DNA of 64,000 nt from Lepidodermella squamata. Its lineage: Eukaryota; Animalia; Gastrotricha. Under the pieces are notes generated by a model, which did no database searches, had not been told where the DNA came from, and was given only the letters and a program-made list of their open reading frames with translations. The position numbers were made by a program, and so were the translations under genes. The number at the start of each line of letters is the position of its first letter. Position 1 is the first letter of the stretch. The stretch is from contig JBLDXI010000003.1 in the NCBI GenBank assembly GCA_047495785.1, positions 1,426,001 to 1,490,000 on the forward strand. Direction: 5' to 3'. Below, in pieces: positions 23,826 through 37,243 of this stretch.

Positions 23826-26800
23826 ATGTATTTGAAGGCGAACTGCTTTTCCTTTTCGCTGGGCTTCCTAGCTCAACTCATACCGATTGCAGTCTGCTGT
23901 AGCCCCAGTGGTCAGCCTGCCGCTAAAGATTCCGGTCAAGGTTCATTGCGTATGGTGATTTTATCTAATCTGCCAATTATACCCTGAATGCATCATGGCT
24001 TTTTCACTAGTATATTCAATGCTTCTCAAATGGAATTGGTTCTTGCAAACTCGATTCTTGCTCAAGCGGCGAAACAGCTGTAATTATATTGTTGTGAGGA
24101 TTTTTGATGCCGGGTATCAACCAAATCTTGGTGTTGTCGTTGAACATCGATCTATTTCGGGCCTTCATTCATCGAGACCAATCCACGATATACACCCGAA
24201 GAGTATATCCGGGATCAAAAATCCTTTTTAATGTTAATTATCTTCTCAGCGAATCATCTCTGCTCACTTTCACTCTAGATATCTGATAAATTCTCGGATT
24301 TAGCAGTCTGCAATAAATTTATTCAGGTTAAATTTCGGTATTTTCTAACTATGAAATAGTTGATCCCGACTCTGCTTTCTAGCGTTACGTGATATGCGGT
24401 CACGGAAATGACAGCATCACTTGCACACCTGCTGTTCCTGGGTGCTCAGGATCTTTGCGTCAGGTCAAGCTAGTGAGTTCCTTCACATCATGATATTATT
24501 AGCCTCTGATTATTAATTATCAAATCATATACTTGAAACTCACTCCTACATTGGAGGAACATATGTAGGAAAAATTCTAAGAAATGTCCTCGTATTTTAA
24601 GATGGAGGTACAGAACTGTATAATTAAACAGATGAACGGTATAAGATTGCCATAATTATCATGAGACGTACTAGGACGCCGGGGCTCGATTAAAACGACT
24701 GATTTTCGCGTTATTTTTTAATGAGGTCCGAATGTCACAACGGCAAAAAATCACCTCATTAGCAGCGATAAGCAAAAAGTCTCATTCACAAAAAGCACGC
24801 GTTTACGCAAAGATCAATTTTTTGCAGCGACCACAAGACCTCGATCTTCATCTCTAAACCTAAAAACGCCGGGTTTCGCGCGCCGTTTCTTGTAATTCAT
24901 TTTCACTTTAAAAAATATTAAATAACCAAAAATAATTAAAATGAATAATTTATAATTTGCCACTCAATTATTATGTTTAGTCCGCGGTCACGTGAATCAT
25001 TCTGCATTATTCCGGCACGTGACGCAGAGAATTTTGTATGGGGAGATAGGAGCCCCGGCGTCCTAGTACGTCTCATGATAATTATTCATGGTCCATGATA
25101 TTTACGTGATATTTACCGTATTTTTTGACCCAGTTTGCGAGTAATATTTTTTACTCTGTCGACCAGTGCGTGGCCACGATGGGTAAATCAACATCGGTAA
25201 AAGCATTATAGCTTCCCATTTGCACCTAAATCTTGAATGTTTTTGGACTTTGTCCCCAATTCAGCAATTCGTCATTTGCGAGAACGCCAACTCTATTCTG
25301 GCCTGCATAGCCTCCCAGCCCGGTTGCACCGGTAATTTGTCTGTCAGTTCCAAGGTGAGAGATAGATGTAGCAAAGGGTTGTATCATGGGCGATAGCAAT
25401 ATTAAATTCTTCAACACGTTAACTGCCAAAAATAGACTGTGAGATCGATATTTGGATCCAAATACTAAGCCTGTCAAAATTTCCTGCACCCAAATTTGGT
25501 GTCAAACTAACCGCTGGGCCATGGCCTACATTTTGCCCTGCGGCGCATCGTTGACCTGAAAAAGGACATTTCGACAGACCCGGGATTTGGATCCAAATAC
25601 CCATCTCACAGTCTATTTTTGGCAGTTAAAGTGTTGAAGAATTTAATATTGCTATCGCCCAAGATACAACCCTGTGCTACGCCTCTCTTTCTCACCTTCA
25701 ATTCTTCCGAAAAGTACGGAAATCAAATATTTCAATCAACTGAACAATGTGCAGTAGCCGTATCTGCCGATGAAAAGGTATGCTTGTGGTGAAAATCTGT
25801 TAGCCGTTAAAGCATTTCAAACTCAACAAGCCCAGGCAGAAATGGATCAGATGCTCGGACGGTATAACACCTGTCTGTCGACCGCAGCAATGCGGAGCAG
25901 GTGAACAAAGGGTGAGCTAATGATAGTTAGCTGTCGACGGGTTTAATTTTTGTTTCAATCGACAGCTCAACTTTACAGCAAATACTAACTTCGAATCTGA
26001 GCTGTCTTGCAAAGCTTCGTTATACGTGAGGATAACCTGATTAGAAGATACATGCATGAAATCCAAGAATCCAACGTTCATTGTTCCTCAGGTTGCTGTA
26101 CCCTGCTATAATCCGACAACTAAGCCTGAATATCACGCATTCGAAATCGTCCCGGGCTTTGATCATATCTTCCCCGCTGGCTGCAAATCTCGGCAAATGC
26201 AAATCGCGCTCTGGGTCTGCTTGATTTCCAAAGCCTAAATTTATAAGCATGATTTTCATACAGATAGGCGACGAATATTTGCGCTCAGACGTCCAAAACT
26301 TCGATGCTCAGTTGTCGAAATTTCCTGTCTGGGACGTTTTGCATTATTACGAGAACTTGAACAAGTTGCGTACGTTAAAATAATTCAGAAATGTTGATCG
26401 ATGCAGTGAGTTTTGAGTTTAGTTGACTTTCACAAGATGCTCCCGTGGCAACACCTTGATCTGCAGACCTATCGAGATCGGTTGCTACAATACCGACCAG
26501 GACAATCCAATGGAGTTACAAGTAATACATCTTGTTTTTCACCATTACTTGAAATATTTCTTTCAAATCTGAATCAAATCACATCTGAGTGTTGCAACCT
26601 TTCCAATTTTTGCTCCAGTTAACAGCTGGACTAACGATGAGATTTAACGAGTGCGAAGTCTATGTAAGTGACCCTGATGAAGATATTTTTGCTGATGTTA
26701 GGTATAAGATATCTATAACCAGTATGAAGAACGTATGTGGTACTATCTTTATTCCGGATTGCCAGTTGGTGCTACGTTCGACGAGCCGATTGCTTGCCAA

Positions 26801-27590
26801 CCTGATTACGTCACAAACCTTGCCGGTTTTCAGGTCTGTCCTTCAGTTAAACCGTATTCCCAGAAACGGACATAGGTATGTTCAACCAGCTTATGTCTTC
26901 ATTCGGAAACTTCGGTGACTACGGCTCCTGCAGATTCAGAGCTGTTACTGTTAGACATTATCTGCAAAGAGATATAAATATATTTTGATACTCTTATAAT
27001 ACTCCCAGCTGGTTTTCTCAAAACACATTCGCTGCTTGATAAAGAGCCCCGTTCGGTGGGACATTTGGGGCTCGGGACTTACTGCAATCGTTTGCCGGCC
27101 TGTTGACATTGTGGGCAACAACTGCCCCGCGTCAGATCTCAGCACTGCACCTGTGAGTCACTCAGATAATATTCTATATTGCTCAACACAGAACTCAGCG
27201 ACAATTTTCTAATTTTAATCTGATCTATTCAAATTCCTTGTTAACTATCATAACAATATAGGAAGGAGGACCATACTCATCTTACTCTGATTGCCTCACT
27301 GCTGAAGTTGGCCATGGCCCGGTATGGTTTTGCTTGGATTTGTTTATAGCGACCTGAAAAATTACCATTTAGGCGAAATGCTGCTGCGCGCAAAATATTT
27401 ATAATACGCAAGGAAGAAAATTGCTCGGAACTGTCGTTAAAAACTCCACTTCTTGTACCTGTCCAAGCGGCTACTATCCGGTATGCTGTGGGTTTAAAAA
27501 TGTTCATGCATAAAATGCACATTTCAATTTCTGTAGCACCCCTGGGCCGTCCAATTTTACAGCGACCCGAGCAATTCTACTGGATGCTAA
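23826..27590 (+). CDS. Cys-rich modular secreted protein B; 17 exons, phase 0; exon 9 donor non-canonical
   Basis: Exons 23826-23954, 24011-24079, 24279-24326, 24383-24472, 25715-25777, 25840-25911, 25966-26025, 26092-26214, 26264-26365, 26423-26521, 26619-26663, 26723-26833, 26890-26949, 27009-27152, 27262-27321, 27373-27480, 27537-27590. Exon-by-exon similarity to A. After exon 9 the sequence is AAG/ttgcgt rather than GT. Confidence 0.8.
24652..25085. mobile_element. MITE with perfect about 35-bp TIRs, in intron 4 of gene B
   Basis: ataattatcatgagacgtactaggacgccggggctc versus gagccccggcgtcctagtacgtctcatgataattat. Confidence 0.85.
25352..25698. mobile_element. Hairpin MITE with about 110-bp arms, in intron 4 of gene B
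   Basis: gggcgatagcaatattaaattcttcaacac...tgccaaaaatagactgtgagat and its reverse complement at about 25603-25680. Confidence 0.8.
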
Positions 27591-28157
27591 CGCGAATTTA
27601 TGGTGATATTGAGGTTCTTTGGAAATTTCCCGTCAGCATTGGAACAGTAATAAAATTCAGTTATTTCCGTCAATGTATCAGGCTGGCTTTATTTGACGTT
27701 ATCATTCGGCGCCTGATTTGCCATTTGAACGTATTTGAAAATGGCAATGCCGTTCTCTCAAGGGACGCCTAGAATGGGCTATTTCAAGAATGGTCGCCAA
27801 TAATTCAAGTTAATTATCACGATATATCATTTGTGGACTCAGCCCACCTGAAAAGTGAACTAGAGAGAGAGAAGAGAGAAATCAACTACTCTAGGAATTT
27901 ACAGAATTGAGTGCAACTAGGGTAACAGCTCTACCTTAAGTGAATGCTTTTATTCTATGACGATTCACGTACTCACTACGTAAGCTAATAAATGACGTAG
28001 GTCAAATCGTCAAATCGTGATGTTTACATTTCGTCATGCTAAACAGACTACACAGCTTACGCGATGTAGCAGAAAAAAGCGGTTTATGTAGGAGAAAAAA
28101 TACACATCAACGCATATTTGCCTTTGATTTGACATTGTTGAAACTGTTTTTTATATA

Positions 28158-29342
28158 ATGCTTATCATCTGCAGCTTTCTTTGTTTACTGAGCTTCATCA
28201 GCCAGTTGTTAGCCCAAGACACCGAATGCACAAGCTGCTCCCTAGCCTACGCCCAATGTGGTGGTACGGGCTTCAATGGTCCGACTTGCTGCACACCGAC
28301 CTATCAATGCCAGTATCAAAACGACTACTACTCTCAATGCGTGCCTAGTTCAAACTCGGACCCGAATTGCCCGGGGAACAGTGCTTGGGGGCAATGCGGA
28401 GGAGCAAATTACCAGGGCCAAACCTGCTGCCCAGCTGGCTCGAAATGCACTAAGAAGGACGATTACTACTCCCAATGCATTCCTATAAACTACCAACTCT
28501 GTTCTGGCGGTGATGGAACTACGACAACTACGACATCTAGTCCAACAACCACCTCAAGAACTACAACTACCAAGGCACCCATGACTACAACAAAGGCGAC
28601 TACTACTACTACTTCAACAAAAGCTACGACTACAACGTCAATGAAGAGCACGACCCCTGCGAGTAAAACTACTACAAAAGCTGCAACAGCGACTGCAACC
28701 ACCACAAAGGCCCAAACAACCACTACGAAGTCCAGTTCCGGATCTTCCAAGCCTAAATACGAGCAGGTAAAGGCTACGGAGCATATGGCGTATGAGGTTG
28801 GAGCCTGTGAGTTGCCTGGGGCTGATTATACCGTGAATTACCCAGTTGCCTTGGGCGACATCGATGCCCTTCAGACTTACAAGTTCATTCCGGAGTTGTG
28901 TGGGCACATTTTACGCATAAATTGCGGCAATTCTGATGTTGACATCATTATTACGAACTCGAACTTGGGCGGTGGTATGGATTTGTACAAGTCGACCTGG
29001 GAATTCGCAACGGATTATTTGCCGCCTGGTATTACTGGATGTTCGGTACAGTTGACGGATAGAAATCCGATCAATGGCGCGGAGAACCAGTGTTACTACA
29101 ACGACGGCTGGCAGGATTATTACCGGAATGTCGCTTTATTGAACACTGGCAGTAAAATTGTAATCGGGGCTACTTTGAGCGATGGCCGCAAAGGCGCTCA
29201 TCGTGGCAGTAATCCTTATTGGGCGTTTGACGGCTTTACACCTCTGAATACGACGGTTACGTTTCAGTTGGATGATGGCACGACGTATGCGATGAGGATC
29301 GGTGACTGCAAAGACGCGAATCCTAAAAGGAAGTGGAGCTGA
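28158..29342 (+). CDS. Secreted protein with two fungal-type CBM1 domains, a Thr-rich linker and an expansin-like C-terminus (swollenin-like architecture); intronless
   Basis: Signal peptide. [13 protein letters not shown]...QNDYYSQC and [15 protein letters not shown]...DDYYSQC match CBM1. Poly-Thr linker. GAC..PVALG..CG..GGMDL looks DPBB-like and is followed by a CBM63-like segment. Confidence 0.85.
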   Translation: MLIICSFLCLLSFISQLLAQDTECTSCSLAYAQCGGTGFNGPTCCTPTYQCQYQNDYYSQCVPSSNSDPNCPGNSAWGQCGGANYQGQTCCPAGSKCTKKDDYYSQCIPINYQLCSGGDGTTTTTTSSPTTTSRTTTTKAPMTTTKATTTTTSTKATTTTSMKSTTPASKTTTKAATATATTTKAQTTTTKSSSGSSKPKYEQVKATEHMAYEVGACELPGADYTVNYPVALGDIDALQTYKFIPELCGHILRINCGNSDVDIIITNSNLGGGMDLYKSTWEFATDYLPPGITGCSVQLTDRNPINGAENQCYYNDGWQDYYRNVALLNTGSKIVIGATLSDGRKGAHRGSNPYWAFDGFTPLNTTVTFQLDDGTTYAMRIGDCKDANPKRKWS

Positions 29343-29689
29343 AAAGTAGTGATATTTAGAAATTGGTAGATTTCTATTGATCATGAATTTTCTGCTTCAT
29401 AAAATACGAGGTCGGATCCTGAATAGTTAATAACTTCCTGTAAAGATGACAGTTAGTAAAATAAACTAAGTAGTTGTATGATCGTGAAAGTATTTTTCTT
29501 GCTACTAAATTGATGATGCTGCTCAAACCACTTTTTGCTGGAAGGTAGGGATGGGTTTACGGTTCGGAGAAAAAACATTGGAGCCGTTAATAACTGGCAG
29601 ATTAGAACTCTTGTGATAAGATAACGCAGCAAGGACAGGGTTATACATATTGCTAGTCATTATACTAGTAGGCCGTGTGAAAATCCAAA

Positions 29690-31126
29690 ATGTTGACCTA
29701 CTTAGCTTTTCTACTCATGCTAGCCAGTTTGATCACGGCAGGAAAAGACGACTGGGTAGCTACGGGAGGGGATTACGCCCGTTCAAGTTACAAGTCCACG
29801 GACTCTGCCGGCAATGCATTTGAAATAGCCTGGACTTACCAGGCCAGCTCAACGGAATCATCCAACCGCCAGCCTTTAGCTTACAAATCGCGCGTTTTAG
29901 TTCTAGCTGAAACGGACGGCCTCTTCATAGTTGACGCGAAGACTGGCGCATTTATAAACAACGTTAAGCTGAACAACAAAGCCAACTTCCAAGATCATAT
30001 TCTTGATCCAGACAACGATCTTTTCTTTGCCGCTGACGCAGATGGTATCATCTATGCAGTAGGGTTGACGAGCGGCTCTGAGAAATTACTCTGGACGAGA
30101 ACCACAAGTTCTACCCCACTAAGCCTCATGCCCAATCCTTCTTTGAAATTGCTATATGCATCGTTATTCCAATTCAAAGTTTATGAGACGTTGGCTCTCG
30201 ATTACTCCGGTGAAGTGATCGATGGTTACGGCTACTCTACATTAGATAATGCTTACATGCTGTCTCTGAGTAACAATCGATTGTTCGGGCTCACCGATTT
30301 AAACGAAAGCTCGATTGCAGAATTTAAAACACGTGAAAATGGAGACTTGATATGGAGTGAGAAATATGGAGGAGGGAGTACCCAGCTCTACGGACCAGTT
30401 TTGAGTGAAAATTTAGCTTTCGCAGCCTCGAATCAGGAAATATATGCAATTGATATTGATTCGAAGTCTGTTAAATGGACTTCAAAACTTGCTTCTCCGT
30501 ATTGCAACGTGTCTCTTCTTGGAACTAACGGGTATTACATTTATCGACTGTGCAAAGGGATCGTCAGTAGGTACCCTATTGATAGCCAAGGGGCGCCGTA
30601 TGAAGCTTTCAAACTTACTGACGACAGCTTGAACATGTTCATAATCCTTTCTTCTTCGGTAGTTGTGACAGTGGCAGATGGGGTTGATTTATACGATGCT
30701 GCGGTCGTTGGCGGGAAATTGGCTATGTATAGAAATAGCGAATTAGCACCTGCGACTGATGTGATATTTTACGATGGCATGTTTTACGGAATGACACGAG
30801 GCATGAATATCTTCGCGTTGAAGCTGGTGTTCAATGGAACTACAACCACGGCAGAACAAACGACTGCTGCTGCTGAAACTACCCCAGTTGTTACGACTAA
30901 CTCAGCTGTAACTTCGCAAGCTGCTACTACGGGGAGTCCAACAACGGAAATTCCTGCGACAACTCAATCTGCGGCTAGTTCGTCCCTTTCCACGACTCCA
31001 GATATTATCTCGACCACTGGGAAGAACGGAGCAAATATGCTTTATGATCGATATTCATTAATCATTGGTATTTTCTGCTTTACGGCTGTAAGATTGAGAT
31101 TCGATGAGAGTGAGATTCGAAGTTAG
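29690..31126 (+). CDS. Secreted or membrane-anchored PQQ-like beta-propeller protein with Thr-rich stalk; intronless
   Basis: Signal peptide; DWVATGGDYARSSY and repeated blade motifs (LFIVDAKTG, IYAVGLTSGSEKLLW, IYAIDIDSKSVKW); T/A/S-rich stalk; hydrophobic C-terminus after NGA (GPI or TM). Confidence 0.7.
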   Translation: MLTYLAFLLMLASLITAGKDDWVATGGDYARSSYKSTDSAGNAFEIAWTYQASSTESSNRQPLAYKSRVLVLAETDGLFIVDAKTGAFINNVKLNNKANFQDHILDPDNDLFFAADADGIIYAVGLTSGSEKLLWTRTTSSTPLSLMPNPSLKLLYASLFQFKVYETLALDYSGEVIDGYGYSTLDNAYMLSLSNNRLFGLTDLNESSIAEFKTRENGDLIWSEKYGGGSTQLYGPVLSENLAFAASNQEIYAIDIDSKSVKWTSKLASPYCNVSLLGTNGYYIYRLCKGIVSRYPIDSQGAPYEAFKLTDDSLNMFIILSSSVVVTVADGVDLYDAAVVGGKLAMYRNSELAPATDVIFYDGMFYGMTRGMNIFALKLVFNGTTTTAEQTTAAAETTPVVTTNSAVTSQAATTGSPTTEIPATTQSAASSSLSTTPDIISTTGKNGANMLYDRYSLIIGIFCFTAVRLRFDESEIRS

Positions 31127-31683
31127 AAGGGACATTGCGATCAATCTGTTACCGCCTTATAATCTATAAACCTGAGAAAAAAATGACCAGCGTAAACAAT
31201 TTAAGCTAAAATTTTGATATGCATTATTACATCGAGTGGTTCTCAAAACGGATATCCCCGTTGTTCACCAAATTCAGCATGCATATAGAACGCGAGCTGC
31301 TCTTTCACGTGGTATGAGATTTGATGTGGCTAATTGCTGCTCAGTCTTCATCTCATCAAAATAAATGAAATTTGGTTAGAGTGGCTAGGTTACTCGTTGC
31401 CTCTTTGTTCACCAGCCATTTTAAAACTTTAGTATGGAACGGCAATTTACGAGTCTATCGACATGTGCATTTCAACTGTCAACAAGTACACAGCGGTGAC
31501 TTGATAGTGCAGCCTTTCATTGCTTGGTATTATATCCTTTCTGTTTTCAGCGTTTTGTTGTGTGCATTACGGAGAACTCATTACCCACGTGTGCTCCTGC
31601 AATTCCCGGTTGCACTGGCGACTTGAAACCATCAAATCAAGTATGACGCTGATTCTTGAGACCCTTGATTGAATTAGGAATTA

Positions 31684-34600
31684 CCCAGTCGGAAATCAGT
31701 AGACCGAGAAATAGCGGAATGATCGAATTAGGATCGAATAAAGACCCATCAACTATGATCGTGGAAATTAGGTCACAGCTAGACCGAGGCGACCATTCAA
31801 ACAGCCCGAATCGTGTAAATTGCGTCTATACCCATAGATCGAGGCTCCTCGATCGCCAATAGGTCAGATTTTTTCAGATTCGGACAAGCCATCGCCATTA
31901 TTCAGCACATGTAATAATTACACGCAGGCCTAGCCACTTGGAGCAGGCCAGGGTCGTTTTAACAGGATCTAACCAGATCGATCTAGCCAGGGTCGACCCA
32001 CAAGCAGCGATGCTCTGATTTGACCAATAACTGAGCCACGTTCTAGCTCATCAATTTCACACACATGGATCTAAGGCGATAGATCTAGAGATGACCTACG
32101 GCAATATTCAGGTCATAAATTGTCTTGCTCGATTCAAAATTGGTTTGAGTCCAGCACGTGTCGTTATGACGCACCATTGTTACAGCATCGGATTTCTGAA
32201 CTACTTTGAGAATGAAATAAATCTCTCATTTCGCAATTCTTCAACCTAATTCGAACTTGTTATTTTTCATTATAATTTTGGTTTGATTTTGTTGAGGCTG
32301 ACTTGCTTTTTTCACTGCTATGCTAAGGGCTAAGGCTATGCTGCTACCTCATTACTCTTAGTTGATAGTATTAGTAAACTTATTATGAAACCACATAACC
32401 GCTAAACCACATGTAGTTTCTAGTTTTCGAACCCCAATTTAACCGACTGGGCTAAATAAACTTCAGTCACACATTTCATATTTTTAGAATGTTATCAATT
32501 TCTATGCCGATGTCACGGGCGAGATATGGAGAATCGCAATTGATAGCCTTAGTAAATTTATTAAGATTTTTAAGATCAGAGAAATTCTGAAAGCCTGTTT
32601 ATTCACCCACTAAATCTTACCTCTAAAATACATGTAGATTCGAACCCCATTTCAACTAAATAAAGTTTTCGACATTTTTAGAATTTTATAAATCTCCATC
32701 CCGATGTCAGCCGTCGGCCGTAGTACAGGCTTGAAATGTCCGTCTTTTTTTTCCTGAATTTGTTGATATTTCTACTTTGGATCTTCAAACTCACGTCAAC
32801 CATTCTCGCCCGTCAACTAAATTTTTTGCGAAATTGCTTCATGTTCAACTTCGCGTACCAAGGCAGTTCCAAATCGTGATCTACTTGGTTTGTTATTTGT
32901 TTCGAAAATTCCACCTTAATTAATGAAGCTACCTCATATAGTTTCCTGTCGATCCCTTTTCAACAGGCTGACTGATCAACACCGGAAGATATCGTCGCGG
33001 TCCTAATTAGCAAATCTTAGTCTTTTATCCTATGCCGAGTCACAACAAAACAACCACCACTGCGGTAAGAAATTTTCCAGCCTCTGCTAAAATTCAAGCT
33101 AAATTAAAAAAATAGAGTAAAAATAAAATCGTAAAAATCTGAATTCCAATATCCAAATTTGTTAGATTGAACAGAAAGATTGCCTCAAAATTATTAGCAA
33201 CTTGAACTAATTTGGCGAGTTGACTATTAAAAATCACTTTGGCATTTCAGCCTAAAATTGTGCTAATAATTCAGCTAAATTACAAATTTTCCGAACAAAA
33301 ATCGAATTTTGAATTTTGGATTTGTTTAGATGCTATGATTATGATGAAGACCAATTTTCGGACTAAAGAAAAAGATGGAACGATTATGGTTGAAAACTGC
33401 GACAGGCAGCTGGTGAGTGAATAAATTTTTTTCATGTTCCCATTATGTCTAAAAATAATTCCCTCAATTTATGGATCGCCTAAAGCATCGTCAACTCTGC
33501 CCAAAATTTCGAATTGTTTTTCGAATTTAACCGTCGTCAAATTATGTGAGTAACAATATATTTTTTTATTATTGCAAAGACTAGGAAAAAAAATTTCAAA
33601 ATTTTCAAAAAATCATTACTTTGTTTTGAATTTTCCAGAAACAAAAGTCGATTCAAAATTTTGGCACGAGGAGGAAGTACGGCCGAATTTCAACGCGGGA
33701 AGTCAATTTTCACCTATTGTTCTGTATTTCTGAGACGATTGTTCAGGTTCAGGTTTGAAAACCGTGCCAAGGTAACGTGTGCAATCACCCTTTCGCCGCG
33801 TCAAGTCGGGTTCCAAGTTCCAACGGAGGTGAGGGTTTCAATACCCCGCTAAAATTTTCCTGAAACAAATTATTTTGAAAGTAGATGAAAGCTGGAGGGC
33901 AGAAAGCCGAAATAACTCGAGGCAGCAACGGCTGAGTTGCAGGAAAATGGTATCGAAATTGTAAGCAGAGAGACATTTTTTAAATATTTATGTGATTTTT
34001 GATCAATATTTTCTGAAATTCTCATGTAATTATTTCATGTTATTCTTTCGCCTGAATCTTCAGCAATTTTCGCCAAATACTAATCGTTTGTCGAATTCAA
34101 CCACCGTGAAATCTTGTTGGTAAGAAAAACGCATTTTTACAATATTTTGTTTTATGGTATCAGCAATAATAAAAAATTGAAGTTATTGAATTTTGTTTCT
34201 AGATGCAAACGATGGTTCAAAACTTCGGGCGAATTTCAACGCGAATCTCGATCGAAGTGAAAATGGCAAGTCAATTTTGCAGCTATTTTTTATTTATTTT
34301 TTGAGAAAAATGTTTAGGTTCACCGTGCCAAGATAACGTGCTCAATTTCCTTGTCGCCGAGTCAATTCGAGCTCCCATTTCAGGTAAGACCCAGTGATTA
34401 ATTATTGCGAAAAATGTGATTCTCATCTTAAATTTATTTTCGCAGAGATAAAAGTTCGCATATTTTCGCTGGACTGAAGTAGCGAGTGACGAGTGACGAC
34501 GAGAAGGTGAACTCGAGGCGGCTACGACTTCATTTCTGGAAAATTGAATTGACATTTCAATCAGAGGGACATTTATTTATATTTATGTGATTTGTGACCT

Positions 34601-34956
34601 ATTGCTTCATCGTGCTAGTACGAGGAATAGAATATTGCGAAACTTATTTTTAAATAAATAAATGGAAAACATTGGAATAATTCCTTTTAATGAGAGTAAA
34701 TGAACCAAGTAGAGGAACAGCTGGGGCCGTGATTCATGCGGGCAGTTCAAGCCGGTGTTATGAACTGGATCTACGCACGATCTAATCGCGAAAATTTAGA
34801 CCTACCGCCGGTCTATCCATCAGGATCTATCCGCCGTCTAGGTAGTCGCTAGCTAGATCTACCCCAGTGTCATTTTTCGCATCCCACACGATCTATCCAG
34901 ATAGACCCAATAATAGCGGTTAGGGTCTAGCTAGGATCTATTTTTTTACGACTGGG
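31684..34956. mobile_element. Non-autonomous DNA transposon with CCCAGTCG termini and TA duplication (EnSpm/CMC-like), in an intron of copy C
   Basis: TA-cccagtcg...cgactggg-TA; clusters of GATCTA/TAGACC subterminal motifs at both ends. Confidence 0.6.
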
Positions 34957-35293
34957 TAACGGAGAAAATGTGTAGTTCGGCTCTCAAAGCTACGATTCTG
35001 CAATGCTTTGCCGATCATCTATTTCAAAGAATCTTACTGTAACTTTAAGACAGGAGTATCAATCGTTTGATGTGTGGAGATGTGTGAAAGGCGAGAATCC
35101 ATTGCCATTTCTACTTTCAAGGTTCTTCTTTTTGTGCAAACATTAGCAAATACAAATACCTTATTTCCCATCAGCGATATACAGTTTGTGATTCCGCAAG
35201 CTCACAATCCGTATGGGTAGCTGCTATTCCTGGATGTACGGGAAATCTCCGTGTGTCAAATCAGGTATTGAACTTCTGGTTCAATACCTGATA

Positions 35294-37037
35294 CAGTGCT
35301 CCCTCGTTAGTGGCACCCTCCTTAAAAGAACTCCCTCGTTTGTAGACCGTAATTTTGGACCCTGCTAAATAAATTAGTTGTAAATTTTTAATGAAAGAAA
35401 AAATAATTATTTGATAGATTTAAATAATTAAGCGTGAACATATAAAATAATAAAGCGTTCCTAGAAACCTAGCGGCGCGTTGTCGTGGTTTTGAGAGATC
35501 CAGTTATTTCAAGTTTAGTTCAAACGAGTTGAAAGATCAACAGTCCATTAAGCTGTTCTTGTGGCTTTGAAATGGCTTTGATTATGCAACAGAGTGTGTG
35601 GATTAGCTGCCACTCAAGTCGTCTTGTTTTTTTGTTAAACTTTTCCATCAGAAATTACGCCAGTTTATCAGACAAAATCAGCAATTCATTTCACTAACTT
35701 CTATAAAAATGCCCGTCAATCTTCTATCTCCTCGATTTGCAGGTTTTTCCTCACGTCAATTGTTGATCAACTAAAAGACTCATGTGAATTGCCCTGATTT
35801 TTCATTTTTTAGCTTTTTCCCGGCCAGAAAATCTCTTGAAATTTACCAGCATTATTAGCATGATCAAATTGGGATAGGAATCGTGTTTTTAAGGAAACTG
35901 AAACATCCTAATTTTGTTCCCAGCTGTGTTGCGTAATCATGAAGAATCATGTCCTTATTGTTTTAAGATTTATTTTAATTTCGATACATGGATTCATTCT
36001 CATAAAATTAGACCGATTTCATTCGTTCCAGTTGTCCTGAGTTATTGGAATTATTAGCCGATTTTCGATAGTCGATAGGCCTGATCTAACATGAAAATGG
36101 CTGCCACTACTCTACGATTTCATTGCTCAACGCCTTGGCAATTTTACGACAATTTTTTCACAACTTTTAATCATTCAATTTTGACTTTGAAAATCGCAAC
36201 ATCCCGAGGAGGGGCGGCGGGAGCTTCTGCCCGAGTTTTGTACCTTGCTCTGATCTTAATAGGCCAGTCGAATGAAAACGAGATCACGCCTGAGAAGATA
36301 CACATTTATTCTATTCAATCTAAACATCCTCTTGTTCCCTCTTCCCTCTTGACGGAACCACATGTCTTATGGCTTGAAATCGGTCCGTGTTTGCTCAATG
36401 CCATTAATTCGATGAATTTAAAACAGAAAAAGTCAGGTTAACCGCGAAAAAATTGTCGAAAATACATTATTCATCCTAATTGTTTCATATTATTTTTTAT
36501 ATAATTATACGAATATTAGGCGAAACATGAGTTCTGGATTGAACACTTGAGAATGTTTGGCTGAATATGTTGGTGATTTATTCAGAAGTATTCTGGTCAA
36601 TCTTGACCAAGGTGATTGATTTTTTAAGCTGCTATTTCAAATGAAATTTGTTTGCGAAATCGGACGAGCTGGGCATTTTTGAAGTAAATTGAAATAATGA
36701 GATTCCAGGTTTTTTTATTCTGAGTTCGTTAACCCCAGGCAGGACTTGAAATCAGAGTAAAAAAACAAGGCCAACCAGCCCTGGCTAATAAGAATACAAA
36801 CTGGGCGACGAACTTACAATTCATAGTGTTACTGTTTCACAGCCTTCAGCGAGCGAAATTTGTAATGACACGTAATCCGTGTCCGTCTCTTTCTGCGCGT
36901 TGGCATGCCAACTGTCTTAAGACGTAGAAACGGTCTATTTTTAGCTTCTGCATTCAATTACAGCCCTCGTTATAGCTTTCCCTTGTTTAAAGACCGGGTC
37001 TGGCTCCCGACCCAGTGCTTTTATCGAGGGAGCACTG
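35294..37037. mobile_element. Tc1/mariner-pogo-like element, CAGTGCTCCCTCG TIRs, TA duplication; related ends at 12682, 52513 and about 58157
   Basis: TA-cagtgctccctcg...cgagggagcactg-TA; no intact ORF inside. Confidence 0.8.
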
Positions 37038-37243
37038 TATCACTCCTACGTGGTAACGCACTCCCATTTTCTTAGTACGCTGCGAGATATTTCGACTCAG
37101 CTGATGAGTGTGCCACGCTGATCACAAAAAATCAACCGATACCACGATATCGATGGTTTTACGCTATAACAGACCGATCGCATACACGCTCAAAAAACTC
37201 TGCAGCATACATAAAGGTATGCAGGGCTACTAGCGCGTATTCG

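Noticed and set aside
28490-28750. Val-rich minus-strand ORF
   Set aside because: Antisense reading of the Thr-rich linker of the CBM1 gene.
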